This document shows positions 40,876-52,476 of a stretch of 64,000 nucleotides of DNA, one piece after another. The DNA is from an uncultured Fibrobacteria bacterium (GTDB lineage: Bacteria > Fibrobacterota > Fibrobacteria > UBA11236): positions 576,001 to 640,000 of the forward strand of contig OY970309.1 of the NCBI GenBank assembly GCA_963716395.1, given 5' to 3'. A program made the position numbers and the translations under genes. Each line of letters begins with the position of its first letter. The stretch's first letter is position 1. The notes beneath the pieces are model-generated. The model saw nothing but the letters and a program-made list of their open reading frames with translations. It had not been told where the DNA came from and ran no database searches.

Positions 40876-41307
40876 TCAGACGACGCTGCTGCAAAATGCG
40901 CAGCGCCTGGCCAAGGCCGGAATATGCGACAGGCATTCCGGGCAGTCTTTTAACGCGGGAGGCGGCGGCGCGGGAACCGGCTTCTTCAGCCGGTTCACCC
41001 AGCGGATCAGGATGAACAAGGCAAAGGCCACCATCACAAAATCGATGACGTTGTTGATGAACATGCCGTAATTGAGGGTGGCCGCACCTGCCGCCTTGGC
41101 CGCGGCCAAGCTCGGGTATTGTTTTTCCGAAAGGCTCAGGAACAGGTTGGAAAAATCCACCTTGCCGATGAGCAGTCCCAGCGGCGGCATCAGAATGTCG
41201 CTGACCAGGGAAGAGACGATTTTTCCGAAAGCGGCGCCGATGATGATGCCGACGCCCATGTCGATCACATTGCCCTTAAGAGCGAACTCCTTGAACTCCT
41301 TCAGCAT
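40876..41307 (-). CDS. mscL: Large-conductance mechanosensitive channel
   Basis: [35 protein letters not shown]. Confidence 0.93.
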   Translation of the reverse strand: MLKEFKEFALKGNVIDMGVGIIIGAAFGKIVSSLVSDILMPPLGLLIGKVDFSNLFLSLSEKQYPSLAAAKAAGAATLNYGMFINNVIDFVMVAFALFILIRWVNRLKKPVPAPPPPALKDCPECLSHIPALARRCAFCSSVV

Positions 41308-41322
41308 CGCAACCTCCTTGCT

Positions 41323-42171
41323 TTAAAGGGTCAGGAATGAAACCGAAATCGCCAAGCTCTCTTTGATTTGCCGGCTCAACGACAAGGTTTTGTCATAGAG
41401 CATTTCATAGTCGAAATCCGCACTGATATATTTGTTCACCTTGGCGGTGACCTGGTTTTGCCAGCGTCCGTAGATGGCGTCAACGCCCTTGAAGTTGACA
41501 AAGACGTCGAGCGCGGTTTTGAGCAGAATGTTTTCCATCAAACCTTGCTTGGCGGCCACATTCAGACTGACGCCCGGTTCGATCTTGTAGGTTTCGATTT
41601 GCGGCGTGCTGGGATCGTCGGCGTATCCGTAGCGCGCCGCGCTGAAGGTTTCTTTCAAAGTTCCACCCAACCTCAGTTTCAAGGCATTCTGCCAATTGCG
41701 GCCCATGCCCAAAGTCTGGGTGATATAGGTGGGATCGAAAATGCCGGCGATGCGCTGTCGGGTCATGTTGGTGTCGTTGTAGAGATAGCCGGGCGCGAAT
41801 TGCGACTGCAGCGCGGAAGCCGCGAAGGGGTTAACCCATACTCCGATTTTGCGGGTGTAGATGGTTTCCAAATCCAATTCATCGGCGGAAGCGCGCGAGG
41901 ACAGCCCGTCCAATTGGGATTGGCCGTATTCGGCCTTGCCTTTGGATTCCCAACTGTCATGGGGCCTTTCGAGCGTGAAATCGCCGTCGAGATGGATGCC
42001 CCAATTGAAAGCGTCGACTCCGCCCTGAGCCCAATTATCGAAATAGATCTGGGACAGGCTGAATTCGCCGTTCGCCGATCGTTTCCACCCGAACGCGGTG
42101 TCGGTGGCGTCGGCTGCCGATACGAGGGTTGCGGACGCCAACAGAGCCAAGCAGACGTATGCTAACTTCAT
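41323..42171 (-). CDS. DUF3078-like outer membrane protein
   Basis: Signal peptide, SQIYFDNWAQGG, QSQFAPGY, and beta-strand patterning. Confidence 0.7.
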   Translation of the reverse strand: MKLAYVCLALLASATLVSAADATDTAFGWKRSANGEFSLSQIYFDNWAQGGVDAFNWGIHLDGDFTLERPHDSWESKGKAEYGQSQLDGLSSRASADELDLETIYTRKIGVWVNPFAASALQSQFAPGYLYNDTNMTRQRIAGIFDPTYITQTLGMGRNWQNALKLRLGGTLKETFSAARYGYADDPSTPQIETYKIEPGVSLNVAAKQGLMENILLKTALDVFVNFKGVDAIYGRWQNQVTAKVNKYISADFDYEMLYDKTLSLSRQIKESLAISVSFLTL

Positions 42172-42210
42172 GCTTTTCCTTTGCTAAAATCCGGCGCCCC
42201 GCCGGGTGGT

Positions 42211-44169
42211 TCACTCTTCTTCTTGTTGTCGCAGACGCGCCAACACGTTCAGATCTTCCAGGGTCGTCATGTCGCCCTGTGACTCGACGCCGTTGGCCAC
42301 GTCGCGCAAAAGGCGGCGCATGATTTTGCCGGAACGTGTCTTGGGCAACGCTTCGGTGAAATGCACCTGATCGGGAACGGCCAAGGCGCCGATCATGTTG
42401 CGCACATGTTTCTGCAGGGCTTTGACCATGTCCGGCCCCTTGACTTCGCCCGGCCCCAAGGTCACGAAAGCGGCCACGCCCTCGCCTTTGACCTCGTGCT
42501 GGAAACCCACCACCGCGGCTTCGACCACGGCCGCATGCGCCACCAAGGCGCTCTCGACCTCCATGGTAGAAAGACGATGTCCCGATACGTTAAGCACATC
42601 GTCGATGCGTCCCAGAATCCAGAAATAGCCTTCGTCGTCGCATACGGCGCCGTCGCCCGCCAAGTAATAACCCTTGTGCGCGAAGCGGCTCCAATACACT
42701 TCGCGGTAACGCGCATCATCACCCCACAGGGTGCGCAGCATCGAGGGCCAAGGCTTGCGGATGACGAGAAAGCCGCCTTGCCCGGCCGGCAATTCTTCGC
42801 CTTTGTCGTTGACCACGGCCGCATCGACGCCGAAAAAAGGCAAAGTGGCCGAACCCGGTTTGGTGGGAATGGCGCCCGGCAGCGGCGTAATCATGATCCC
42901 GCCGGTTTCGGTTTGCCACCAGGTGTCGACGATGGGGCAGCGCCCGCCACCGATGATTTCATGGTACCAAATCCACGCTTCGGGGTTGATGGGTTCGCCC
43001 ACCGAGCCCAGCAGGCGCAGCGATCCGAGGTCATGCTTTTTGGGCGCTTCGTCACCCCATTTCATGAAGGAGCGGATGGCGGTGGGCGCCGTGTAGAACA
43101 CATTCACCCGGTAGCGCTCCACAATGCTCCAGAAGCGATCGACATCGGGAAAATTGGGCGCGCCTTCATACATCAGCGACGTGGCGCCGTTGCACAGCGG
43201 CCCGTACACCACATAGCTGTGGCCCGTCACCCAGCCGATGTCGGCCGTGCACCAATACGTGTCCTCCTCTTTGATATCGAAGACGTGCTTGGTGGTCAGG
43301 TACGCGCCCACCATATAGCCGCCGGTGGTGTGCAGAATGCCTTTGGGTTTGCCCGTGCTGCCCGAGGTGTAGAGGATATACAACGGATGCTCGGCGTCGA
43401 GTTCGGCGGCGGGGCAATGGTCGGAGGCCTTGGCCATGAGTTCATGCCACCAGGCGTCGCGCCCCGGCTCCATGGCGACCGCATTGCCGGTGCGTTGCAG
43501 CACGATACAGCTCTCGACGGTCTCGGTGCTCTTGAGCGCTTCGTCGACGGTGGGCTTAAGGGCCAGCACCTGGCCGCGGCGCCAGCCGCCGTCGGCGGTC
43601 ACCACCACCTTGCAGGCCGCGTCGCGAATGCGATCGACCAAAGCCGGCGCGCTGAACCCGCCGAAAATGATGGAGTGAATGGCGCCGATGCGGGCGCAGG
43701 CCAGCATGGCGATAGCCAATTCCGGCACCAGCGGCATATAGATGGCGACGGTGTCGCCGGCGCCTACGCCTTGCGCCTTCAGCACGTTGGCGAACTTGCA
43801 CACCTCGCGGTGCAATTCGAGATAGGTCAGCACGCGGCGGTCGCCGGGTTCGCCCTCCCAAAGAATCGCGGCCTTGTTCTTGCGAAAGGTGTGCAAGTGG
43901 CGGTCGAGGCAGTTGAAAGACATATTGGTTTTGCCGCCTTCGAACCACTTGGCAAAGGGCGGATTTTCCCAATTGAGCACGCGATCCCATGGGCGGAACC
44001 AATGCAACTCATTCGCTACCCGGCCCCAGAACGCCTCGGGGTGCTCCAAAGACTCGCGGTGCAAGCGACGATATTCTTCCAGCGATTGAATTGAAGCCTC
44101 GGACGTGAAAGCTGCCGGCGGGTGAAACTTGCGGGATTCGTGCAAAATGCTGTCGATATTGGAAGACAT
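42211..44169 (-). CDS. acs: Acetyl-CoA synthetase
   Basis: [33 protein letters not shown]. Confidence 0.95.
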   Translation of the reverse strand: MSSNIDSILHESRKFHPPAAFTSEASIQSLEEYRRLHRESLEHPEAFWGRVANELHWFRPWDRVLNWENPPFAKWFEGGKTNMSFNCLDRHLHTFRKNKAAILWEGEPGDRRVLTYLELHREVCKFANVLKAQGVGAGDTVAIYMPLVPELAIAMLACARIGAIHSIIFGGFSAPALVDRIRDAACKVVVTADGGWRRGQVLALKPTVDEALKSTETVESCIVLQRTGNAVAMEPGRDAWWHELMAKASDHCPAAELDAEHPLYILYTSGSTGKPKGILHTTGGYMVGAYLTTKHVFDIKEEDTYWCTADIGWVTGHSYVVYGPLCNGATSLMYEGAPNFPDVDRFWSIVERYRVNVFYTAPTAIRSFMKWGDEAPKKHDLGSLRLLGSVGEPINPEAWIWYHEIIGGGRCPIVDTWWQTETGGIMITPLPGAIPTKPGSATLPFFGVDAAVVNDKGEELPAGQGGFLVIRKPWPSMLRTLWGDDARYREVYWSRFAHKGYYLAGDGAVCDDEGYFWILGRIDDVLNVSGHRLSTMEVESALVAHAAVVEAAVVGFQHEVKGEGVAAFVTLGPGEVKGPDMVKALQKHVRNMIGALAVPDQVHFTEALPKTRSGKIMRRLLRDVANGVESQGDMTTLEDLNVLARLRQQEEE

Positions 44170-44191
44170 CCTTCACCTCCTCAAGCGTGGG

Positions 44192-45199
44192 TTAAAGAGT
44201 GCGTTCTGTCATAAGCGCGCAGAGCCGGCGCAAATGGCCGGCGGCCGGCGTGTCGGGCAGGCTTTCCAGAAACGGCAGGCCGGCCCGGACGCGATCCACC
44301 GCCATGTTGCGGGCTTGGGTAAAAGACGCATGCTCCTCGAGTAAATCCCGAATCCGCACTTGGTTCAAATCCTGGTGGGGATGTTCCAACAGCCGCAGCA
44401 TCCGCGCGCGTTCCTCGGCGGCGCATTCGGAAAAAAACAGAATCAGGGGCAAGGTGAGAAAACCGTTGCGCACGTCGGAAAAGGTCTGCTTGTCGAGGTG
44501 TTCGCCGCCGATACCGAAATCGAGCAAATCGTCGACGATTTGAAAGGCGATGCCGAAGTCGCGCCCCAGCGCCGCGCCCTGGCGCTGCCCGCGTTCTTCC
44601 ATGCCGGCCAAGAGCGCGCCGCATTCGCCGCAGGCTTCGAGCAAGGCCGCGGTTTTGCCCTCGATGATTTCCAGGTATTCGGCCACCTTCAAATCCATGC
44701 GTCCGGCCCGCTCGATTTCGAGCACTTCGGCTTTGATCAGGCGGCTCGACGCGCGGCACAGACTGCGGGGCAGGCGCGGATCGGGATCGGCCCAGATCAA
44801 TTCCATCGACTTGGCCAGCACATAATCGCCGAGCAAAACGGCCATCCGGTTGCCCCAGCGCTGATGGGCGGTTTTTTCGTTGCGGCGCAGGTCGCTGCCG
44901 TCGATGATGTCGTCGTGGATCAAAGAACCCAGGTGGATCAATTCCAAGGCGGCGCCCACACGGGCTGCGCGTTCCAAATCGAAGGCATCACCGGTTTGCG
45001 ACAGCAGCAGCAAAAAGGTCGAACGGATGCGCTTGCCGCGGCGCGTCAAAAGGTCGCGCAAATACTCGGCCAGACGCCCCGGCGCGTTTTCGGCCAACGC
45101 TTCCATGATGGCTTGCACGCGATCCAATCCCGGCAGCGCAAAACTCCGCGCTTCGTACAAGGCCGAAGCGAAATCGATGGGTGGCAAAAGTTGCTTCAA
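44192..45199 (-). CDS. Polyprenyl diphosphate synthase
   Basis: GKRIR, LIHDDIID..RR, GKTA, FQIVDDLLD. Confidence 0.9.
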   Translation of the reverse strand: MKQLLPPIDFASALYEARSFALPGLDRVQAIMEALAENAPGRLAEYLRDLLTRRGKRIRSTFLLLLSQTGDAFDLERAARVGAALELIHLGSLIHDDIIDGSDLRRNEKTAHQRWGNRMAVLLGDYVLAKSMELIWADPDPRLPRSLCRASSRLIKAEVLEIERAGRMDLKVAEYLEIIEGKTAALLEACGECGALLAGMEERGQRQGAALGRDFGIAFQIVDDLLDFGIGGEHLDKQTFSDVRNGFLTLPLILFFSECAAEERARMLRLLEHPHQDLNQVRIRDLLEEHASFTQARNMAVDRVRAGLPFLESLPDTPAAGHLRRLCALMTERTL

Positions 45200-45492
45200 A
45201 ACCCCGGCTCCCTTCTGAAAAACCGAATGCCGGGTTCTCAGAGGTGTAACTCTACAAGCCCGTCAAATATAGCTAGGGCCTGCCCCGGCTTCCCCGGGTG
45301 CGGCTCCGGGATTTATTTCCATTTTGTCCAGACGACCCACGCACTTCCCATCGTAGGGTCAAAACCTGTATTCCCGGGGCCCCGACTCCGGAACGGGATG
45401 GCGGAATGATGGAGCGAAACTCCGTCTTCGGGGACTGGCGACGAAACCCTGACGGACGGGTATCTTTCCCCCGCAACGCCCACCAGCATCGC

Positions 45493-46353
45493 ATGTCGAT
45501 CCCGACCGTTTATTACTGGATTCGCTTCGTCTCTTCACCTGCCGCCGCCGAAAGCGATCAATATCGGCTTATGGAATCAGGTGCGCTCGGCACCGAAGAG
45601 GAGGCCTGCGGCGAAGCGGTTCGGGTGTGCGGATTTTTCGACGATCCCGAGCTGTGCCGGCAAGCCTGCGCGGCCTTGGGGGCCCGCGCCGGTTTGGAGC
45701 GGGGCGAAAGCCCGTGGGAAGATTGGGATCAAAGCTGGCGCGCGCGTCAGACGCCGGTGCAGGTCACACCGGCGCTCACCGTCTGCCCACCTTGGGTCGA
45801 GGCCCCGGCGGCACGCCATGTCATTCGGCTGGAAGCCAAAATGGCCTTCGGCACCGGAACGCATGAGTCGACCCGCATCGCGGCCCTGCTCCTAGAGCGG
45901 CAGAACCTGGTGGGCCGGAAAGTGCTGGACGTGGGCACCGGAACCGGAATTTTGGCTTTGTATGCGGCCCGCCTGGGAGCGGCCCTGGCCGTAGGATTCG
46001 ACGCCGATCCGGTCACCGGGCCTTGCTTGAAAGAAAACGTCGAATTGAACCCGACCGGAAGCGCGGCGACCGCCGCCTTTTTCGTCGGCACCCTGGCGGC
46101 TTTGCGCAATGATCCGGTTTTTGATCTGGCGGTAGGCAATATGATCCGTGCGGAAATTTTTCCGCTGCTGGGCGCCATCTTCGCTTTACTTCGGCCCGGC
46201 GGTTCGCTCCTTGTTTCCGGGCAACGCGTCGAAGATCAATCGTTCTGGCGGCCGAAACTCCCGTGGCGAAGCTTCGGGATCGCCGAAGAAATAACGCTGA
46301 ATGAATGGTGGGGTTTTCGGATTACGGCGGCCAAGCCCGGCCCGCAAGGCTGA
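45493..46353 (+). CDS. prmA: Ribosomal protein L11 methyltransferase
   Basis: MAFGTGTHEST and VLDVGTGTGILA. Confidence 0.85.
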   Translation: MSIPTVYYWIRFVSSPAAAESDQYRLMESGALGTEEEACGEAVRVCGFFDDPELCRQACAALGARAGLERGESPWEDWDQSWRARQTPVQVTPALTVCPPWVEAPAARHVIRLEAKMAFGTGTHESTRIAALLLERQNLVGRKVLDVGTGTGILALYAARLGAALAVGFDADPVTGPCLKENVELNPTGSAATAAFFVGTLAALRNDPVFDLAVGNMIRAEIFPLLGAIFALLRPGGSLLVSGQRVEDQSFWRPKLPWRSFGIAEEITLNEWWGFRITAAKPGPQG

Positions 46354-46359
46354 AACCGG

Positions 46360-47673
<1,314 letters not shown>

Positions 47674-47794
47674 AAGGATCGGCTAACGATTCTCGACTAT
47701 TCCCTCTTCGGACCCTGGTTCTTCACGGGTCATAGAGGTCATGCAAATATACTTCACCGGAAAAGCGGGTTTCCATAGCGTAAAGACGGCCTTT

Positions 47795-48214
47795 TTATAA
47801 AATATTCGGGGTTTTTAGATATAAATTTTCCCTTTTTCGCATAATTTCGCGATCCTTTGATTTAATATGGTCGTAACCGCATAAATGCAAAATTCCATGG
47901 GTCATCACCCGCTTTAATTCATTGAAATAGCTGTTCTTCCAGCGATGGCACTGCCTGCGTACCTGTGGATTGGAGATATACACTTCCCCGGCAAAATCCG
48001 GGTCGTCCCAGTCGAAGGACAGTACGTCGGTAACCCTATCCAGCCCACGAAACCGGCGATTCAATTGTCGGACCTTTTGATCGGAACAAATCACCACGTT
48101 CAGGGCCGAACCCACGCCTTCACCCTGGGCGATTTTTACCGCCAGCCGTTTCAAGGAGCCGGAATGGGGGACACTTTGCCCGGCCTCAAAAAGCAAGGCG
48201 ATTTTCGCCGCCAA
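47795..48214 (-). CDS. ybeY: rRNA maturation endoribonuclease
   Basis: LNRRFRG..TDVLSF and HGILHLCGYDH. Confidence 0.9.
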   Translation of the reverse strand: MAAKIALLFEAGQSVPHSGSLKRLAVKIAQGEGVGSALNVVICSDQKVRQLNRRFRGLDRVTDVLSFDWDDPDFAGEVYISNPQVRRQCHRWKNSYFNELKRVMTHGILHLCGYDHIKSKDREIMRKRENLYLKTPNIL

Positions 48215-48216
48215 GC

Positions 48217-48540
48217 TTAATCCTCGGTTTCCGTCGCCTCTCCGCCGGTTTCGTTTTGGGTCCAGCGGGTCAAAACCTCGCAGATTTTGGCGGCCTGCGC
48301 CGGAGAGGAGATGGTGAATTTGCTTTTGACCCGATATTCGCCGTCGCGCTTCTGGTAGCGGCGAATCGAGTACTTGGGAGCCTTATAGTTCCCGGAGGCT
48401 TTGTCCAAATCCTGGTACTTGAACATGAGCGTGGCCCAAGTACCCTTGGTCAACACCTCTTTGTCCATCTGCTTGCACAGCAGGGTTCCGTCTTCGTCGT
48501 GAAAATTCACATTTAATTCGTCCACCGTCTCATTGGGCAT
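48217..48540 (-). CDS. Hypothetical protein
   Basis: AAGGA SD, coding-like composition, and co-oriented with ybeY. Confidence 0.7.
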   Translation of the reverse strand: MPNETVDELNVNFHDEDGTLLCKQMDKEVLTKGTWATLMFKYQDLDKASGNYKAPKYSIRRYQKRDGEYRVKSKFTISSPAQAAKICEVLTRWTQNETGGEATETED

Positions 48541-48712
48541 GGCAAAGATTCCTTGGGTTGCGGCCGAAAACCGGCTTCGTAATCGCGCGAAGCAGCAGGC
48601 TAATATAAATAGGCGTCACTTCGGCCCTTCCCTTCTTGGGTAATTCGGCGAAAACCCGGGTCAATCCGAATCGAGGCACGCGAATTGACTATTCCTTGGT
48701 AAAATTCCTGGA

Positions 48713-49849
48713 ATGGCTTGGACCCAAAATGAGGAAGATCGTCAGCAAAGCTTGCAGGATTTGGGTGAGAAGCTGGGTCGACGTGAAAGGCTGACCCGGG
48801 ACGATGCCGTATTTCTTTATTCGTGGGCGCCGCTGCCCTGGCTCCAAGCCCGCGCCGATCAAGAGCGGGAATTGCGGCATGGCCGCGAAGCTTATTTCAA
48901 CCGCAATATCCACTTCGAGCCCACCAATGTGTGCATATATGCTTGCAAATTCTGTGCGTTCTACCGCGCGCCGAAAACCGCGGCCGCAGACGGAGCCTGG
49001 GACCACTCTTTCGAAGACTTGCGGCAGCGCTTGGAGCGCTATCCCGTCGGCGCATTGACCGAAATCCACATCACCGGCGGCGTGCACCCGGATCGCGGGG
49101 TCGAATACGGCGAGGCCTTGTGCGCCTTCATCCATTCCTTGCGACCCGAATTGCACATCAAAGCCTTTACTGCGGTGGAAATCTCCTATTTCGCCAAAAA
49201 GAGCCGGGTCACCTTGGCCCAGGCTTTGGAAAGGCTCCAGGCGGCCGGCCTTAATTCTTTGCCCGGTGGCGGCGCTGAAATTTTCGACCCCGAAGTGCGC
49301 CGGGTCATTGCCGGCGGCAAGGCGCCGGCGCAAACCTGGCTCGAAGTGCACGAGCGGGCGCATGAGTTGGGACTGCTTTCCAATGCCACCATGCTCTACG
49401 GCCATGTCGAATCCTACGCCCATCGGGTGGATCACATGGCGCGCCTGCGCGACCTACAGGATCGCACAGGAGGTTTCAAGTCCTTCATTCCCTTGCGTTA
49501 TCGCAACGAGGCGAATGCCCTGAGCCGGATTCCGGAAATCCCGCCGCAGGAAGACCTGCGCAATTATGCCGTAGCCCGTCTCTTTCTCGACAACATTCCG
49601 CATCTCAAAGCCTACTGGCCCATGTTGGGGTTGGAATTGGCGGCCGAAGCCTTGGGCTACGGGGTCGACGATCTCGACGGCACGGTCGACGACTCGACCC
49701 GCATCTATTCCATGGCCGGCGGACCGGACCATCCCGCCGCTTCGGTGGAAGTATTACAGAACGCGATTCGCTCCCAAGGCCGGATTCCGGTGGAGCGGAA
49801 TTCGCAGTATCAGAAATTGCTGCCGTCGATTCCGGCCAGCAGCCCATAG
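48713..49849 (+). CDS. mqnE: CofH/MqnE-family radical SAM (aminofutalosine synthase-like)
   Basis: TNVCIYACKFCAF, SLPGGGAEIF, TMLYGHVE, DNIPHLKAYW, DDLDGT. Confidence 0.8.
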   Translation: MAWTQNEEDRQQSLQDLGEKLGRRERLTRDDAVFLYSWAPLPWLQARADQERELRHGREAYFNRNIHFEPTNVCIYACKFCAFYRAPKTAAADGAWDHSFEDLRQRLERYPVGALTEIHITGGVHPDRGVEYGEALCAFIHSLRPELHIKAFTAVEISYFAKKSRVTLAQALERLQAAGLNSLPGGGAEIFDPEVRRVIAGGKAPAQTWLEVHERAHELGLLSNATMLYGHVESYAHRVDHMARLRDLQDRTGGFKSFIPLRYRNEANALSRIPEIPPQEDLRNYAVARLFLDNIPHLKAYWPMLGLELAAEALGYGVDDLDGTVDDSTRIYSMAGGPDHPAASVEVLQNAIRSQGRIPVERNSQYQKLLPSIPASSP

Positions 49850-50739
49850 AGCACGCGCGACACCGGCGCTTGGCCGCCCAAAGACTCGATGCGACGGATT
49901 GGGTCGCCGTAAATCGCCTGCACTTCCATGGGCCTTCCGGCATCGCGGTCCAATTTCATGCTGGGTTCATAGGGTTTCATCGCGCGCGTCGAATCGATCA
50001 TTTTTTCGACGAAGCGCGCATTGAGATCGACGCCGTCGAGCCGCGCGCCGGACACGACTTCGTCCATGCACGCACGCACCAACTTGACCCAAGCCGGCCG
50101 CAGCAAAACTTCGGCCGTGTCGACACCCAGCAAGGCCGTCAAGCCATTGAACGGTATGTTCCACACCAATTTTTTCCAGCGCGCCGCCTTCCAATCGCTT
50201 TCCAGGCGAATTTCGATGCCGGCCTGTTCAAAATCGGTCGCGATGCTTTGCACCCAAAGTGGGAGGGCCGCGTCGCTCCGAGCCGGCGCGCAAGCCGCCA
50301 AGGTGATGGCGCCGTAATCCTGATGCTCCACCACCGCGGGCCGGGCCATGCGGCAGCAAAGAAAACACAGGCCGCTTACGACCCGAATGCCGGGAAGGGC
50401 TTTCATCACTTCATTCTCGGGATGCAACCCGTTTTGCAAAACCACCACCATTCCGTCGGGTTTTACGACCCGCGGCAATACCTCGGGCAAAGCGGAATTC
50501 GAAGTGGCCTTCCACGACAGCAACACCACATCGCAAGGCGGCATGGCTTCGGCCCGATCATAAACCTCGACTTCTGGGAGATGAAAATCACCGCGGGGCG
50601 AAAGCACCCTGAGCCCGTTTTGACGCAAAGCTTCGGCTCCGGAACGCGCCAGAAACCGCACGGGAAAACCCGCTTGGCGAAGCAGCGCCCCGTAATAGCC
50701 GCCCACGGCTCCGGTTCCCAAAACCCCATACGTCCGCAT
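49810..50739 (-). CDS. panE: 2-dehydropantoate 2-reductase
   Basis: GTGAVGGYYG, LQNG, WKKLVWNIPFNGL, SMKLD. Confidence 0.88.
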   Translation of the reverse strand: MRTYGVLGTGAVGGYYGALLRQAGFPVRFLARSGAEALRQNGLRVLSPRGDFHLPEVEVYDRAEAMPPCDVVLLSWKATSNSALPEVLPRVVKPDGMVVVLQNGLHPENEVMKALPGIRVVSGLCFLCCRMARPAVVEHQDYGAITLAACAPARSDAALPLWVQSIATDFEQAGIEIRLESDWKAARWKKLVWNIPFNGLTALLGVDTAEVLLRPAWVKLVRACMDEVVSGARLDGVDLNARFVEKMIDSTRAMKPYEPSMKLDRDAGRPMEVQAIYGDPIRRIESLGGQAPVSRVLYGLLAGIDGSNF

Positions 50740-50819
50740 ATCGTATAATGCCTTGATTTTCTTGCCGCCCGCGAGGCGAAAACCTAGCTTTTGACCCCTT
50801 CAAGTCGAATGGAGTGGCT

Positions 50820-51002
50820 ATGCCGCAGATCAAAGGAAAACGCGTTGTGGTAACGCTCGAATGCACCGAAGCCCGCGCCGCAGGCATGCCGCCTTCCCGC
50901 TACATGACGACCAAGAACAAGTCGAAGCAATCGGGACGCATCGAGAAGATGAAATACAACCCCTACATGCGCAAGCACACGCTGCACCGCGAGGTGAAGT
51001 AA
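50820..51002 (+). CDS. rpmG: 50S ribosomal protein L33
   Basis: [30 protein letters not shown]. Confidence 0.92.
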   Translation: MPQIKGKRVVVTLECTEARAAGMPPSRYMTTKNKSKQSGRIEKMKYNPYMRKHTLHREVK

Positions 51003-51027
51003 GCGCGGGCACGGCGTCGGATCGACC

Positions 51028-51420
51028 ATGGCTTCGATCTTCACGCGCATCCTCCGGGGCGAAGTTCCCTGCGAAAAAATCCTGGAAAGCGATCGACTTT
51101 TCGCCTTTCTCGACATCCGTCCCATTGCCCCGGGGCATACCTTGGTGATTCCCAAGGCCGAGATCGACGATGTGTTCGATCTCGCGGCCGAAACCCTGGC
51201 CGAAATGCTGCCCTTCGCGCAGCGCGTGGCCGCGGCCTTGAAGCGGGCCGTTCCCTGCCGCCGGGTGGGTATGATGGTGGCCGGTTTCGAAGTGCCGCAT
51301 GCGCATTTGCATCTGGTTCCGCTGCAGCAGGAAAGCGATTTGAGTTTCAGCCGCGCCCAACCTTCGAACCCCGCCGTCTTGAAAGCCGTGGGCGACGCCA
51401 TCCGCGCGGCTTTGGATTAA
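51028..51420 (+). CDS. HIT family nucleotide hydrolase
   Basis: SIFTRIL.GE, FLDIRP..GHTLVIPK, VPHAHLHLVP. Confidence 0.9.
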   Translation: MASIFTRILRGEVPCEKILESDRLFAFLDIRPIAPGHTLVIPKAEIDDVFDLAAETLAEMLPFAQRVAAALKRAVPCRRVGMMVAGFEVPHAHLHLVPLQQESDLSFSRAQPSNPAVLKAVGDAIRAALD

Positions 51421-51424
51421 GCCC

Positions 51425-52438
51425 ATGGCCGCGAATCCCCAAGCGGCGCGACCCTCCGCATTTTCCTTGTCCCTCCGCCCGCGGCGCAACCGCCAAAGCG
51501 CGTCGCTGCGCGACTTGGTGCGCGAAACGCGTCTGCATCCCGGCCATTTCATTTTGCCGCTCTTCGTGACGGAAGGGAAAAACCAAAGCGTTCCCGTCGC
51601 CTCCATGCCCGGCGTCTTCCGGTTGAGCCGCGATCGCGTCGTGGCCGAAGCCCGGCGCGCGGCCCAGCTCGGCATTCCGGCCGTGGCGCTGTTTCCCGTG
51701 ATTCCCGCGGCGCGCAAAGATCACCGGGCCTCGGCCTCCGCCGCGCCGGACGGATTGCTGCAGAATACGGTGCGCGATTTGAAATCGAGCGTGCCGGAGA
51801 TCACGGTGATTACCGACGTGGCCATGGACCCGTATTCGAGCGACGGCCATGACGGGCTGGTCGAAAACGGAAAAATCCTGAACGACGAAACCTTGCCCAT
51901 TCTGGCCGCCATGGCCTTGAGCCAGGCCGAGGCGGGCGCCGATATGATTGCGCCGTCGGACATGATGGACGGACGGGTCGGTTATCTGCGCGCGGCGTTG
52001 GATGGCGCCGGCCACACCGAAGTCGGCATCCTCGCCTACTCGGCCAAATACGCCTCGGCGTTTTACGGGCCTTTCCGCGAAGCGCTGGATTCGGCGCCCA
52101 AACACGGTGACAAAAAAACCTATCAGATGGATCCGGCCAACCGCCGCGAAGCGCTGCGCGAGGTTTTGCTCGACGTGCAGGAAGGCGCCGACTTGGTCAT
52201 GGTCAAACCGGCCCTGCCCTATCTCGACGTGATCGCCGCGGTGAAGGCCGCGGTGCCTGTGCCGGTGGCGGCCTACCATGTCAGCGGCGAATACGCCATG
52301 ATCCAGGCGGCCGGCCGGCTCGGCTGGCTCGATGCCGAACAGGCCATGCTCGAATCCGTGCTCTCCATCCGCCGCGCCGGGGCCGACGCCATTCTGACCT
52401 ACGCCGCGCTGGCCCTGGCGGAAAAGCTGAACGGCTGA
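51425..52438 (+). CDS. hemB: Porphobilinogen synthase
   Basis: APSDMMDGRV, YSAKYASAFYGPFR, MVKP, YHVSGEYAM. Confidence 0.95.
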   Translation: MAANPQAARPSAFSLSLRPRRNRQSASLRDLVRETRLHPGHFILPLFVTEGKNQSVPVASMPGVFRLSRDRVVAEARRAAQLGIPAVALFPVIPAARKDHRASASAAPDGLLQNTVRDLKSSVPEITVITDVAMDPYSSDGHDGLVENGKILNDETLPILAAMALSQAEAGADMIAPSDMMDGRVGYLRAALDGAGHTEVGILAYSAKYASAFYGPFREALDSAPKHGDKKTYQMDPANRREALREVLLDVQEGADLVMVKPALPYLDVIAAVKAAVPVPVAAYHVSGEYAMIQAAGRLGWLDAEQAMLESVLSIRRAGADAILTYAALALAEKLNG

Positions 52439-52476
52439 ATTCAGCCGCCGAGACCACTGGAAAACGCGGTCGCACC

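Noticed and set aside
42361-44094. 577-aa plus-strand ORF (likewise 296-1903 minus, 32365-33897 plus, 53945-55396 minus)
   Set aside because: Antisense shadows of acs, clpV, the kinase and parE.
45400-45455. Hammerhead ribozyme (two CGAAAC words)
   Set aside because: The CUGANGA core is absent.
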